Shown one piece after another: positions 26,357 to 35,579 of a DNA stretch of 63,378 bases. Position numbers and translations under genes: made by a program. Below the pieces are notes generated by a model, which worked only from the letters and a program-made list of their open reading frames with translations, was not told where the DNA came from and made no database searches. Positions within the stretch are counted from its first letter, which is position 1, and each line of letters starts with the position of its first letter. The stretch comes from Chloroflexota bacterium (GTDB lineage: Bacteria > Chloroflexota > Chloroflexia > QHBQ01): contig JAYUUN010000005.1 in assembly GCA_043754535.1 (NCBI GenBank), positions 1 through 63,378 on the forward strand. The letters are read 5' to 3'.

Positions 26357-29300
26357 TTACGGTGCGCTGAGGCCGAGCCAAAGGAACTTGCTCAACTCAT
26401 CGCGGCGCACATTGTTGTTCGGGCGGAAGCAGATACCGCGGCCCCCCGCGCAACTGCCGCCGCTGATCACACCCCGCTGCGCCAGAGCCTCAATCGAGCC
26501 GTAGGCGAAGTAGGTCGGCGACACATCACCGAAGGTCGGCACGGTTGGGGTGGCTAGCGGCCAGTTGCGCGCCCGGCGCACGATCAGGGCGATCTCCGCC
26601 CGGTTGATTGGGCTGTTCGGGCGGAAGCAGGAGCCAGCCGTGCCACACTGCGCGGGCGAGTAGCCGTTGATCAGCCCACTGTGCGCTGCCGCCTCGATGT
26701 AGCTGTAGAAGACGTAGGCTGCTGGCACGTCGGCGAAGGTCGGTGAAGTCGGCGTGAAGTTGGGGACGGCGAAGCTGATCGCCGCCATCTTAGCGAACTG
26801 CCCCCGCGAAGCCTGCGCCGCCACGTTGTAGAAGTTGGGGCCGAAGCCGTTGACCGCCCCGATGCAGGTCAGCGGGTGGATGTAGGCGTAGAAGATGTTG
26901 TTCTCTGGCACGTCGCTGAACTCATCGCAGCTATCGTAGGTGATGATCGTTGCGTTGTCGCCCACCGCCCAGCTGTGGCCGTCTGGGGCGATGGTAACCT
27001 TGTTGAGCTGGGGATAGCTGCCTGCCTCGTCTACCCACTGGCCCTTGCGCTCGCTAATAATCCGCCCGCGGCCATTGCCGTCGTGGCCCACCGCTATCGC
27101 CGACACGCCATCTACCCATTGGCCCTTGCGCTCGGTGACGATGCTGGTGGCGATGAAGTTGCTGTCGCTATAGACGACGCTCCAACTGCTGCCGTCCCAG
27201 CCGAAGATGTGACCCTGCTGGCTGACCGCGAAGCCGCGATTCGGCTCGGCCAGCGAGACCCCGGTCAGGTCGTCGTTGTAAGGCAGGGTGTAGTTAGTCC
27301 AGGTGCTGCCATTGAAGCGCAGCATCATGCCATTGCGCCCAACGCAGAAGCCCGTACCATCGTCGCTGAAGCTGAGGTCCTTCATGTCATAGCTAGTAGT
27401 CAGCGGGATTTGCACCCAGGGTTCAGCGGGGTTGAGCGGGTTGTTCTTGCGGATCAGGGTGCCACCGTCGCCCACCGCATACACCTTGTTGGTGATGGGG
27501 TTGCGGCCTATGCGGTTCAGGTTGCTGTTCACCGGGCTATCTACTACCCCCCAGCTACGCCCGTCGTAGACCAGGATGCTGCCGCCGCCGCCGACCGCAT
27601 AGCCGAGCGTCGGCGAGATCAGGTCGACCGCCGCCAGGTCGTACTGGGCGGTGGTGCTGAAGACCTGCCAGACACCAGAGTTGCGCTGGAGTAGCGCACT
27701 GCGCTGCTGCGACCCGCTGAGGCCGTTGCTAGCAACCGCCCAGCCACTCACGCTATCCGCGAGGTCGCTGCTGTCGTTCGGGTTGCTCGGCACGAAGTCG
27801 AAGTCGAGGACGTTGATACCCGTCGTCAACACCGGCGCGGGCCGCCAGCGGTGTGGGCGGGGAGTCGGCAGGTTAGAGGGTGTGGCCGAGGCGGCTGCGG
27901 TAGCGGTTGCTGTCCGCGTGCTGGTGGCAGTACCACCGGCAGGGGCGGGGGAGGTGTTGGTAGAGGTGCTGCTGGGGGTGAAGCTAGTGGTCGGTGGGGG
28001 GGTGAAGGTGTTGGTAGAGGTACTGCTGGGGCTGGGGGTAGCCGTCGGTGGGGGAGTGTCAGTGGCGGTAGAGGTAGCCGTCGCTGAGGGTGGGGGGGTG
28101 CCGAGCGTAGCAGTGGATGTGGGCGTGTCCAAGCCAATCGGCACCAGGGTAAAGTCGAGGGCTAGCCGCTGATTGTCGACGAAGGCTAGCGTTAGCGTCT
28201 GCGTGTAGTAGCCTGGCTTGGCGACCGTGATCTTGAAGCTGCCAACTGGCACCCCACCGAAGTTGTAGTTACCAGCATTGTCGCTGGTCACCAGGTTGCC
28301 GTTGCCGTCGTTGATCCGTACCTCGGCCAGCGGCAGCGGGTTGTTGGAGGTGAACTCGCGGATTTGGCCGCTGAACGACGCGCCACTGATGCACTTGTAG
28401 TGGGCCATCATCGCCTTTGGTGTCCCACTGTTGACGTAGGTACCGACGGCCCACACGTCTTCGCTGCTCAGCACCTTGACCCCGTTCAGGTAGTTTGCCT
28501 CGTTGCCCAGGTTAGGCGTGTTGATCGCAGTCCAGTTGCCGCTGCCAAAGCCACTACTGGTGATTGCTACGGTGGTGGTCAGGCCGTTGTTGTTGGCCGC
28601 GCCGACCGCCCAGAGGTTGTGGCCGCTGGCGTAATCCACGTCGTTGAGGGCATAGCTGCCGGGTGGCAGGGTGGCCCTGGTGTATACCCCCCCGCCGGTG
28701 CGGGTAATCACCAGCGGTTCACGCAGGTTGGGCGTGCTGTTGTAGCCGTAGCCAACTAGTACCGAGGTGTTGAGGCCGACCGCTGCCGCGCCGCGCATCT
28801 CATTCCAGGTAGAAAGCAGGCCAGCGAAGGTGAAGGTAGTCACCGTCGCCGAGGTTGCGTAAGTGGGCAGGGTGCTGGTCAGCGTGTTGTAGGCGTAGCC
28901 GCCGCTCCAGGGCTGGCTGCCAAGTGTGACAGCGTTGAGTCGGTTTGTGCGGGTGCCGATAGTGTTCGCCCCATCGTTGAGCCAGCCGCCGCTAAAGCTG
29001 TCAAAGTGCATCGCCAGGTTGCGCTCCCCCGGCTGACTGAGGGTAGTAAAGGAGCCGACAGCGTAAGCCTCGTTATTGGTCGCCACCACTGCGTTGAGGC
29101 TGTTGGTCACGTTGCCAGGGTCAGGGGCGTTGTAGTTCGTCCAACTGGTGCCGTCATAGCGAGCAATCAGGCTGTGGCTCTTGCCTGCTGAGTCGCTGTA
29201 GCTACCAACGGCCCAGGTCTGGGTTACAGTGGCGGCAACGCTGTAGAAGACGCTGTTGGTAGCCGAGAGCGGGGGGGTGTAGATCATCTGCGCCCAGGCA

Positions 29301-29611
29301 GTGCCGTTCCAGCGCATCGCCAGGGCGGTCAGGCTGCCAGGATTGTAGCTGCCAACGGCCCAGACGTTGCTGGGGTCGCTCGCCGCTACTGCATAGAGGT
29401 TGGCGGCAGTGGCGACCGTGTTCGAGTAGGTAGTCCAGCCGAGCGTGCCGCTGCACGTTTGTGGCTGGGCGGCTGGGGCAACCGGTGCAGCGATGGCCGC
29501 AGCCGCCTGGGGGGGGGCCACAGGCGAGGCCGGGCCAGAGCCGAAGCCGAATAGAGTGCTGCTTGCCAGGCTAACCAGCAGGAGCAGGTAGGGGATGGTG
29601 TTCTTACGCAT
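26357..29611 (-). CDS. Large secreted surface protein: two propeller-like repeat regions, carboxypeptidase-regulatory-like domain, P/T linker, C-terminal SLH-like repeats
   Basis: Signal peptide; WAVG repeats; TSDNAGNYNF..VP.G; FSDVP..FY.YI repeats. Confidence 0.85.
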   Translation of the reverse strand: MRKNTIPYLLLLVSLASSTLFGFGSGPASPVAPPQAAAAIAAPVAPAAQPQTCSGTLGWTTYSNTVATAANLYAVAASDPSNVWAVGSYNPGSLTALAMRWNGTAWAQMIYTPPLSATNSVFYSVAATVTQTWAVGSYSDSAGKSHSLIARYDGTSWTNYNAPDPGNVTNSLNAVVATNNEAYAVGSFTTLSQPGERNLAMHFDSFSGGWLNDGANTIGTRTNRLNAVTLGSQPWSGGYAYNTLTSTLPTYATSATVTTFTFAGLLSTWNEMRGAAAVGLNTSVLVGYGYNSTPNLREPLVITRTGGGVYTRATLPPGSYALNDVDYASGHNLWAVGAANNNGLTTTVAITSSGFGSGNWTAINTPNLGNEANYLNGVKVLSSEDVWAVGTYVNSGTPKAMMAHYKCISGASFSGQIREFTSNNPLPLAEVRINDGNGNLVTSDNAGNYNFGGVPVGSFKITVAKPGYYTQTLTLAFVDNQRLALDFTLVPIGLDTPTSTATLGTPPPSATATSTATDTPPPTATPSPSSTSTNTFTPPPTTSFTPSSTSTNTSPAPAGGTATSTRTATATAAASATPSNLPTPRPHRWRPAPVLTTGINVLDFDFVPSNPNDSSDLADSVSGWAVASNGLSGSQQRSALLQRNSGVWQVFSTTAQYDLAAVDLISPTLGYAVGGGGSILVYDGRSWGVVDSPVNSNLNRIGRNPITNKVYAVGDGGTLIRKNNPLNPAEPWVQIPLTTSYDMKDLSFSDDGTGFCVGRNGMMLRFNGSTWTNYTLPYNDDLTGVSLAEPNRGFAVSQQGHIFGWDGSSWSVVYSDSNFIATSIVTERKGQWVDGVSAIAVGHDGNGRGRIISERKGQWVDEAGSYPQLNKVTIAPDGHSWAVGDNATIITYDSCDEFSDVPENNIFYAYIHPLTCIGAVNGFGPNFYNVAAQASRGQFAKMAAISFAVPNFTPTSPTFADVPAAYVFYSYIEAAAHSGLINGYSPAQCGTAGSCFRPNSPINRAEIALIVRRARNWPLATPTVPTFGDVSPTYFAYGSIEALAQRGVISGGSCAGGRGICFRPNNNVRRDELSKFLWLGLSAP

Positions 29612-29872
29612 CGGGACTCTCCTTCTTGTGATCGGTCAATCGCGCGACCGGGGGTGAGACATGGTTCCGCCATTTAGATTATAGGGCGACAGCGATCAAG
29701 CTGTCAATGATAAGTTAGTAATCGCCGTGTAAAATATACAACAGACCGATATTCGCTTCACTGCTGTTCAGGGTGCTGTTCAGGGCGCCAGTTGCCCGCC
29801 AGCCCCTTGCTATAGCTGAACAGGTGTGCTATAATGAGCAGGTGGTGGTAGCTTTTGTGGAGGTAGTGATAA

Positions 29873-30169
29873 TTGGATGAGCTAGAAGCAGTCCTCAAGC
29901 AAGTAGCTGGGCAACCAGCCTTCAGCAGCATCGTCTGGCAGGAAGGCCAACTCTGGTTGAAGCGCAGCTATCGGCTGCGGCCAGACGAGGTGCCGCTCCT
30001 GCTGCGCCAGCAAACCACCCCCGCCCGCTTCAGCATCCACCGCGAACAGGGCGACACCCGCACCGTAATCATCGAAACCCCGCTCGCTGGGGTGGATGAT
30101 GGGGGCCAGTCCCCGCCCAATCTGCCCAACCCGCTGGGCCGAGCGGCTGGCAGCGATGTGGTAGAATAG
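29873..30169 (+). CDS. Hypothetical protein
   Basis: GGAGG RBS; TGCTATAAT -10 upstream; first gene before mazG. Confidence 0.6.
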   Translation: MDELEAVLKQVAGQPAFSSIVWQEGQLWLKRSYRLRPDEVPLLLRQQTTPARFSIHREQGDTRTVIIETPLAGVDDGGQSPPNLPNPLGRAAGSDVVE

Positions 30170-30217
30170 AAGTGAAACCCGCTGCTGCAAACCAATTGGC
30201 AAGGAACAAGGAGCTAT

Positions 30218-31894
30218 ATGGCAACCGATATTATCGTCCTCGGTCTCGGCCCTGGCGCGTGGGGCCAGCTTACTGGTGAGGCCCGCGACATCCTCAACAA
30301 GGTGCGGCCCGACCATCTCTACTTTCGCACGATCAAGCACCCGACGGTGGATGCCCTGCCAGCCGCCACCCGCGACGGCGCGCACAGCTTCGATGCGCTC
30401 TACGAAGCCAGCCCCACCTTCGAGGCGATCTACACCAACATTGCAGCCAGCCTCAGCCTGGCCGCCCGCAACGCAGCCGCGGGCAGCCCCATCATCTACG
30501 CCGTCCCCGGCCACCCGCTGATCGGCGAAGCCAGCGTGCTGCGCCTGCTAACCCGCGCCCAGATTGCGGACATCCCAGTTAGGATTGTGGCGGGCCTCAG
30601 CTTCATCGAACCGCTTTGCACTGCGCTGCGCCTCGACCCACTGGCGGCGGGCCTGCAACTGGTGGACGCGACCCAGCTTGCCAGCGAACTGGAGGTGACC
30701 CCCACCCAGCTAGCCGCTAGCGACCGCAAGGACGACGGCGGCCCCCAGTTCTTCAGCCCCTATAGCATCCCCTTCGCCAACAATCGGCTGCCCACCCTGC
30801 TCACCCTCTCGCCCAACGCGCCGCTGCTGGTCAGCCAACTCTACAACAGCCGCACGGCGGGCATGGTCAAGCTGGCCCTGCTCGAACTCTACCCTCCCGA
30901 TTATGAGGTGACGCTGGTGCGCGCCGCTGGCACCGCGCAGGAGCTTGTGCTGCGGCTGCCGCTGCACGAGCTAGACCATAGCGAACACGCTGCGGCGGTC
31001 AACCACCTCACCTGCCTCTACCTGCCACCAATGCCCGCCCTCGCCAGCACCCGCCAGTTGAGCAGCCTCATCTACATCATGGCGCGGCTGAACGGGCCGC
31101 GCGGTTGCCCGTGGGACAGGGAGCAGAGCCACCAGACGATCAAGCAGAACCTGATTGAGGAGACCTATGAGGCGGTGGAGGCCCTGGACGCGCTGGCCGC
31201 CAACCCCAACGATGCGGATGCGCTGCACAAGTTTGCCGAGGAACTGGGCGATATCCTCTTGCAGGTCGTCTTCCACGCCCAGCTTGGCGCAATCAGCGGC
31301 GAGTTCACCCTGGCCGAGGTGGTCAACCACATCGCCAGCAAGCTGCTGCGCCGCCACCCCCACGTCTTCGGCGACGTGCAGGTTAGCGGCTCTGGCGAAG
31401 TGTTGCAGAACTGGGAGCAAATCAAGCAGCAGGAGCGGGCGGCGGCGGCAGCAAAGAAGGCGACTCGCACTGAAGCTGGCAGCGAAATCAGTGAGGGGCT
31501 GAAGGGGGTCAGCCGCCAGCTACCCGCCCTGCACTACGCCCAAGAGATTGCAGGGCGGGTGGCCCGCCGCGGCTTCGACTGGCCCAGCGCAGACGGTGTG
31601 CTGGACAAGGTGCGTGAGGAGATAGCCGAGCTAGCGGCAGCCCCCGACCCACAGAACCAGCGTGAGGAGTTCGGCGACCTCCTGTTCACCCTAGCGCACC
31701 TCGCCAACTGGCTCAAGCTGGATGCCGAGGAGAGCCTGCGCCTCGCCAATGCCAAGTTCGTGCGCCGCTTTGCCGCCACCGAGCGCAAGGTGGCCGCCGC
31801 TGGGCTGCGCTGGGACGACCTCGATCTGGCGGCCCTCGACCACTTTTGGGACGCGGTGAAGGCCGATGAGCGCGCCACCGCAGCAGAGAGCTAA
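30218..31894 (+). CDS. mazG: Tetrapyrrole-methylase/MazG fusion (YabN-like nucleoside triphosphate pyrophosphohydrolase)
   Basis: GLGPG and YAVPGHP N-domain; GCPWDREQ, EETYE, EELGD, RRHPHVFG, GFDW, EEFGDLLF. Confidence 0.92.
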   Translation: MATDIIVLGLGPGAWGQLTGEARDILNKVRPDHLYFRTIKHPTVDALPAATRDGAHSFDALYEASPTFEAIYTNIAASLSLAARNAAAGSPIIYAVPGHPLIGEASVLRLLTRAQIADIPVRIVAGLSFIEPLCTALRLDPLAAGLQLVDATQLASELEVTPTQLAASDRKDDGGPQFFSPYSIPFANNRLPTLLTLSPNAPLLVSQLYNSRTAGMVKLALLELYPPDYEVTLVRAAGTAQELVLRLPLHELDHSEHAAAVNHLTCLYLPPMPALASTRQLSSLIYIMARLNGPRGCPWDREQSHQTIKQNLIEETYEAVEALDALAANPNDADALHKFAEELGDILLQVVFHAQLGAISGEFTLAEVVNHIASKLLRRHPHVFGDVQVSGSGEVLQNWEQIKQQERAAAAAKKATRTEAGSEISEGLKGVSRQLPALHYAQEIAGRVARRGFDWPSADGVLDKVREEIAELAAAPDPQNQREEFGDLLFTLAHLANWLKLDAEESLRLANAKFVRRFAATERKVAAAGLRWDDLDLAALDHFWDAVKADERATAAES

Positions 31895-31896
31895 CT

Positions 31897-32625
31897 ATGA
31901 GCCAGCCCACCGCCGACAGTCAGCACAGCCGCGTCGTGCTGGAACACATCATCTACGCCGAGCTGCTCGACCTTAGCTCCTACCAGTACGAGCAACTGGT
32001 GCGCGAGTTGTTCATGTTCGATGGCTTTGAGACGGCGGTAGTCGGGGTAGAGGGCGACCGCCACATCGAACTGAGTCTGCGGAAGGGCAGCGACACCTTC
32101 ATTGCCCACGCCCAGCGCGGCCACGGCACCGTTCGTCGTGGCGACGTGCTGCGGCTGCGCAAGCCAGTAGAGAAGGCCAGCGTGAGCGGCGGCTATCTCG
32201 TCACCACGCGCAAGGCTCTGGACAGCGAACGGCAGTTGGGTATTGGCAACAACCGCATCGTGCGCCTGATCGACGGCAACGACCTGGTGGCTGGGGTCGC
32301 CCGCTTCGCCAGAGCAAGTATGAGCATCAGCCGCGCCGCCGACCTCGCCCTGCAAGGGGATGACTATCGGATGCTGCAATGGCTCAGCCGCCACCACTAC
32401 GGCGAGTCTGCCCTTGCCCCCAACCAGGCCCGCGCCCTGACCGCAACCAGTGGGGCGGCCAGCAAGCCAATCCGACGGGCCAGGCTCGCCCCCAGCGCAA
32501 GCCCGCCGCTAACCCTAGACCCCACAATCCAGCAGCCGGGCCGCATCAGCGACCGTGCCGCCCTGCTCGCCGCTGCGCTCGTCGTCGCCCTCATCCTGCT
32601 CGTCGGCTGGCTGCTGCTGCATTGA
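31897..32625 (+). CDS. Mrr-like restriction endonuclease domain (degenerate) with C-terminal TM helix
   Basis: YEQLVRELF...GF, GD..IEL, G.LVTT, LIDG..L; catalytic D/QxK replaced by E/HAQR. Confidence 0.7.
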   Translation: MSQPTADSQHSRVVLEHIIYAELLDLSSYQYEQLVRELFMFDGFETAVVGVEGDRHIELSLRKGSDTFIAHAQRGHGTVRRGDVLRLRKPVEKASVSGGYLVTTRKALDSERQLGIGNNRIVRLIDGNDLVAGVARFARASMSISRAADLALQGDDYRMLQWLSRHHYGESALAPNQARALTATSGAASKPIRRARLAPSASPPLTLDPTIQQPGRISDRAALLAAALVVALILLVGWLLLH

Positions 32626-32658
32626 CGAGGGGCAGCATAGTAGCAAGGAGGTGGTGGC

Positions 32659-33312
32659 GTGGCGATGGCAACAGGTGACAGCCCCGATGCCCAGCTACTG
32701 GGGCGCATCATGCAGCTTGACCCGGTAGACTTCGAGGAGATGGTCGCTGGTCTATTCGAGATGGAGGGCTTTGTGGCCCAGAGTACACCCCGCTCTGGCG
32801 ACGGCGGCGTAGACCTCTACCTCCAGCGCGGCAATCTGACCGCTATCGTGCAGTGCAAACGCCTCAACAGCACGGTTGGCGAACCTACAGTCCGCGATCT
32901 CTACGGCACTATGCTGCACGTGGGGGCGCAAGGGGCGTTCCTGGTCACCACCGGCGGCATCTCAGAGCCAGCCCGCCGCTTCGCTGCTGGCAAGCCGATC
33001 AAGCTGTTCGACGGTCGCTACTTGCTGCGCTGGCTGCACCAGCACGAGGGCGAAATCCGCAGCGACCCCACCGCCCGCCAACCCGCGCCCGCCCGCCCGC
33101 CAACGACGGCTGCGCTCCCGCCTGCTAGCCGCGCCCGCCCGCCCGCCAATCTGCCCCCGCCTCTCCCCCGCCAGTCCGCTGGCAGCCCGCCCAGGCCGCA
33201 AGATGCTGGTTACCAGCGGGCTAGCAGCCAGCAGGCCGCCCTGCAAACCGCCGCCGTCTTCGGGCTGCTGCTGGTCATTGGTGTGCTGATCTACCTGATT
33301 GTGCGGAGTTGA
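32659..33312 (+). CDS. Mrr-like (type IV) restriction endonuclease with C-terminal TM helix
   Basis: FEEMVAGLF, SGDGGVDL, IVQCKR, VRDLYG, FLVTTG, LFDG; Pro-rich linker, then hydrophobic C-terminus. Confidence 0.85.
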   Translation: MAMATGDSPDAQLLGRIMQLDPVDFEEMVAGLFEMEGFVAQSTPRSGDGGVDLYLQRGNLTAIVQCKRLNSTVGEPTVRDLYGTMLHVGAQGAFLVTTGGISEPARRFAAGKPIKLFDGRYLLRWLHQHEGEIRSDPTARQPAPARPPTTAALPPASRARPPANLPPPLPRQSAGSPPRPQDAGYQRASSQQAALQTAAVFGLLLVIGVLIYLIVRS

Positions 33313-33381
33313 GGGCTTGTGCAGCCCACTAAAACGACCCCCCAAATGGAGGGCCGTCGCCGGGTTGTGGTTGTTTGGTGC

Positions 33382-33603
33382 TTAGAGTTGCCAGTCGTCG
33401 AGCTTGCGGCTCTGGCGGTTCTCCACCAGCAAGGCGGGGTAGTCGCTCAGGCTGTAGCTGCGTTGGCCGGGCCGCTCTGGGGCGCGCTCCTCGCTGGCCC
33501 GCAGGCGGGGATTAGGAGTCTGCTTCCCCCGCTCGTTGCCTGCGTCGCCCTGCACGCCTTGAATGCTGATGATATTTACTAGCCAGTTGGTCATCTTTTT
33601 CAT
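33382..33603 (-). CDS. Small hypothetical protein
   Basis: ATG with a strong GGAGGAG RBS; fills the intergenic gap. Confidence 0.55.
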   Translation of the reverse strand: MKKMTNWLVNIISIQGVQGDAGNERGKQTPNPRLRASEERAPERPGQRSYSLSDYPALLVENRQSRKLDDWQL

Positions 33604-33903
33604 GATGGTCTCCTCCGCTTCCAGTTGAACCTTCTGCCCTTATAATACCCCGCCCAGCCCAGATAGTTCCGTTAACCACTTTACAGACTAGTGTAAAGTT
33701 CTTGACACAGCCGCCCCGCCGCCCACCGTCAGTAAGGTGGCGGTAAGGTAAGGCCGCTAGCTGCCAGCACCCCCTGTTGCAGCCCCAGCCAAGTTAGCTT
33801 ATAATAGGCACAGCGGGGCATGGACGAGCGTACCGTGTGCCACCCCCCGACCTACATTCGCCGCTGCCCTTGCAGCCTAACTAAATAAGAAGGAGTGCGC
33901 GCC

Positions 33904-35082
33904 TTGAACAAGTTGAAGGTTATCCGTCAGAAGAAAGGGTTGACCACCGGCCAACTCGCCGCCCGCGCCAGCATCCCCACCCGCCTGATCAGCGACTACG
34001 AGGAGGGCCACCAGGCCATCCCCCTGCCCCATGCTCGCCTGCTAGCAAAGGCTCTCTGGGTTAAGGTCGAGGACATCATCCCACCCAACCAGCCGCCCGT
34101 CCCTCCGCCCAGTAGCCTGGCGGTCGCTCCCGGTTCGCCGCCACCACCAGCAGTATTGCCCAGTCAGGGCGGCGAGCAACCGACAGAGCAGCAGGGTGCG
34201 CAGCAGAGCGCAGCCGCCAATGGCGATCCGCAATCCAGCCCCCCCCGCGACTACCAGGGTAGCTACCAGGGTGGCAGCAGTGGCGGCTACCAGGGTGGCG
34301 GCGGCGGCGGCTATCAACGCAGCAGCGGCGGCTACCAGGGTGGCTTCTCCAGCGGCCCCCGCCCGCCCCGTCCCCCCCTGCGCGAACCCCAACCGCCCCA
34401 GCCGCCCCGCCCCAAGCAAGAGCCGATCATCCTGCCCGCTACCGAGGGCCAGATTACCGAGATACTGCGCCAGGCCAACCGCGTCGGCATGGAGCCAGAA
34501 GCGGTGGCAACTGAGGTGGGCAAGTCGCTAACCGAGCTTGACCGTGCTGCTGCCCGCCAGTGGATTCGCACCATGCGCGAGCGCGCCGCCAACCTGACTA
34601 GCGAGCAGCGCAGTTCGCCCGACACCGCCCGCCTGCCCGAAGACCGCGAACCGCAGTACCTTGAGCAGCAGCGCAAGGCTGGCGCAATCTTCAGCTTCAC
34701 CCTGTTCGACGGCAGCATCTTCACCGGCCCGCTCAAGCTGTTCAGCCCCTACACCATCGTGCTGCACGGCGAAGACGATAAGGATATCGTGCTGCGTAAG
34801 TTGGCGATCGCCTACTACCAACAGATCGGCTCCGACCTGCACAGTGCAGAGTTGGCGAAGACCGAGGACGGCAAGTACCCTGAACCGGGCCACCACCACA
34901 AGGGCGAGGTCGAGCCACCGAGCGCACCCGCTGCCGAGAGCAGCCTGGCCGAGGATGGGCAGCCCGGCTTCTTCGGCCCCGACAGCCACGAGCAGCGCGA
35001 CCTGGACGAGGACAAGCGCGACGACGTGGCCGACGCACCTGGTGAGGAGCCGCTGCCAGTGGTGAAGGGAGCGCAAGCATGA
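33904..35082 (+). CDS. XRE-HTH plus G/Y/Q/P-rich disordered linker plus Hfq/Sm-like domain
   Basis: LKVIRQKKGLT..QLA......ISDYE.G HTH; C-terminal segment aligns by eye with Hfq Sm1/Sm2; TTG start behind AAGGAG. Confidence 0.75.
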   Translation: MNKLKVIRQKKGLTTGQLAARASIPTRLISDYEEGHQAIPLPHARLLAKALWVKVEDIIPPNQPPVPPPSSLAVAPGSPPPPAVLPSQGGEQPTEQQGAQQSAAANGDPQSSPPRDYQGSYQGGSSGGYQGGGGGGYQRSSGGYQGGFSSGPRPPRPPLREPQPPQPPRPKQEPIILPATEGQITEILRQANRVGMEPEAVATEVGKSLTELDRAAARQWIRTMRERAANLTSEQRSSPDTARLPEDREPQYLEQQRKAGAIFSFTLFDGSIFTGPLKLFSPYTIVLHGEDDKDIVLRKLAIAYYQQIGSDLHSAELAKTEDGKYPEPGHHHKGEVEPPSAPAAESSLAEDGQPGFFGPDSHEQRDLDEDKRDDVADAPGEEPLPVVKGAQA

Positions 35083-35477
35083 GCCTGGCCGACCACCTCA
35101 AGTTTTTGCGCGCTCGCAAAGGGGGCGTAACCCCCATCGAGATCGAAGCAGCCACTGGCATCAGCCTGCACGACCTCAACTATCTGGAAATCAAGCATCG
35201 CCAGGTGGGTGAGGATGATGAGCTGCTGGCGAAGCTGGCCGCCTTCTACGCCGTGCCACTGGCCGAGTTGCAGTGGCACCGCGACCGCTATCGCAAGAAG
35301 CTGACCGCCTACCTCTACGAACGCAGCGAGAGCGGTGACGAGGTTCACCTTACCTTGCAGAACCGCCATACCATCAGCGGCCCCCTGCTCTGGTGGGATC
35401 GCGCCGTCATCGCCGTCGAGCAGGTAGGAGCGCACCCCATCCTAGTCGAGCGACACTTCATCATAGACTGGCAGTAA
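35079..35477 (+). CDS. XRE-HTH plus Hfq/Sm-like domain protein
   Basis: LADHLKFLR...IEAATGIS....YLE; VHLTLQN...SG.LLWWD..VI.V...ILVERHFI; ATGA overlap with the previous gene. Confidence 0.7.
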   Translation: MSLADHLKFLRARKGGVTPIEIEAATGISLHDLNYLEIKHRQVGEDDELLAKLAAFYAVPLAELQWHRDRYRKKLTAYLYERSESGDEVHLTLQNRHTISGPLLWWDRAVIAVEQVGAHPILVERHFIIDWQ

Positions 35478-35579
35478 CTATACTCCCACCCTGCTCCCCT
35501 TACCAGGGGGCGGCGGGGGAGCGGAAGAAGGTAGCTCCACCCGCGTGTGGTAGGACAGGAACGGAAGAAGGCAACCGCA

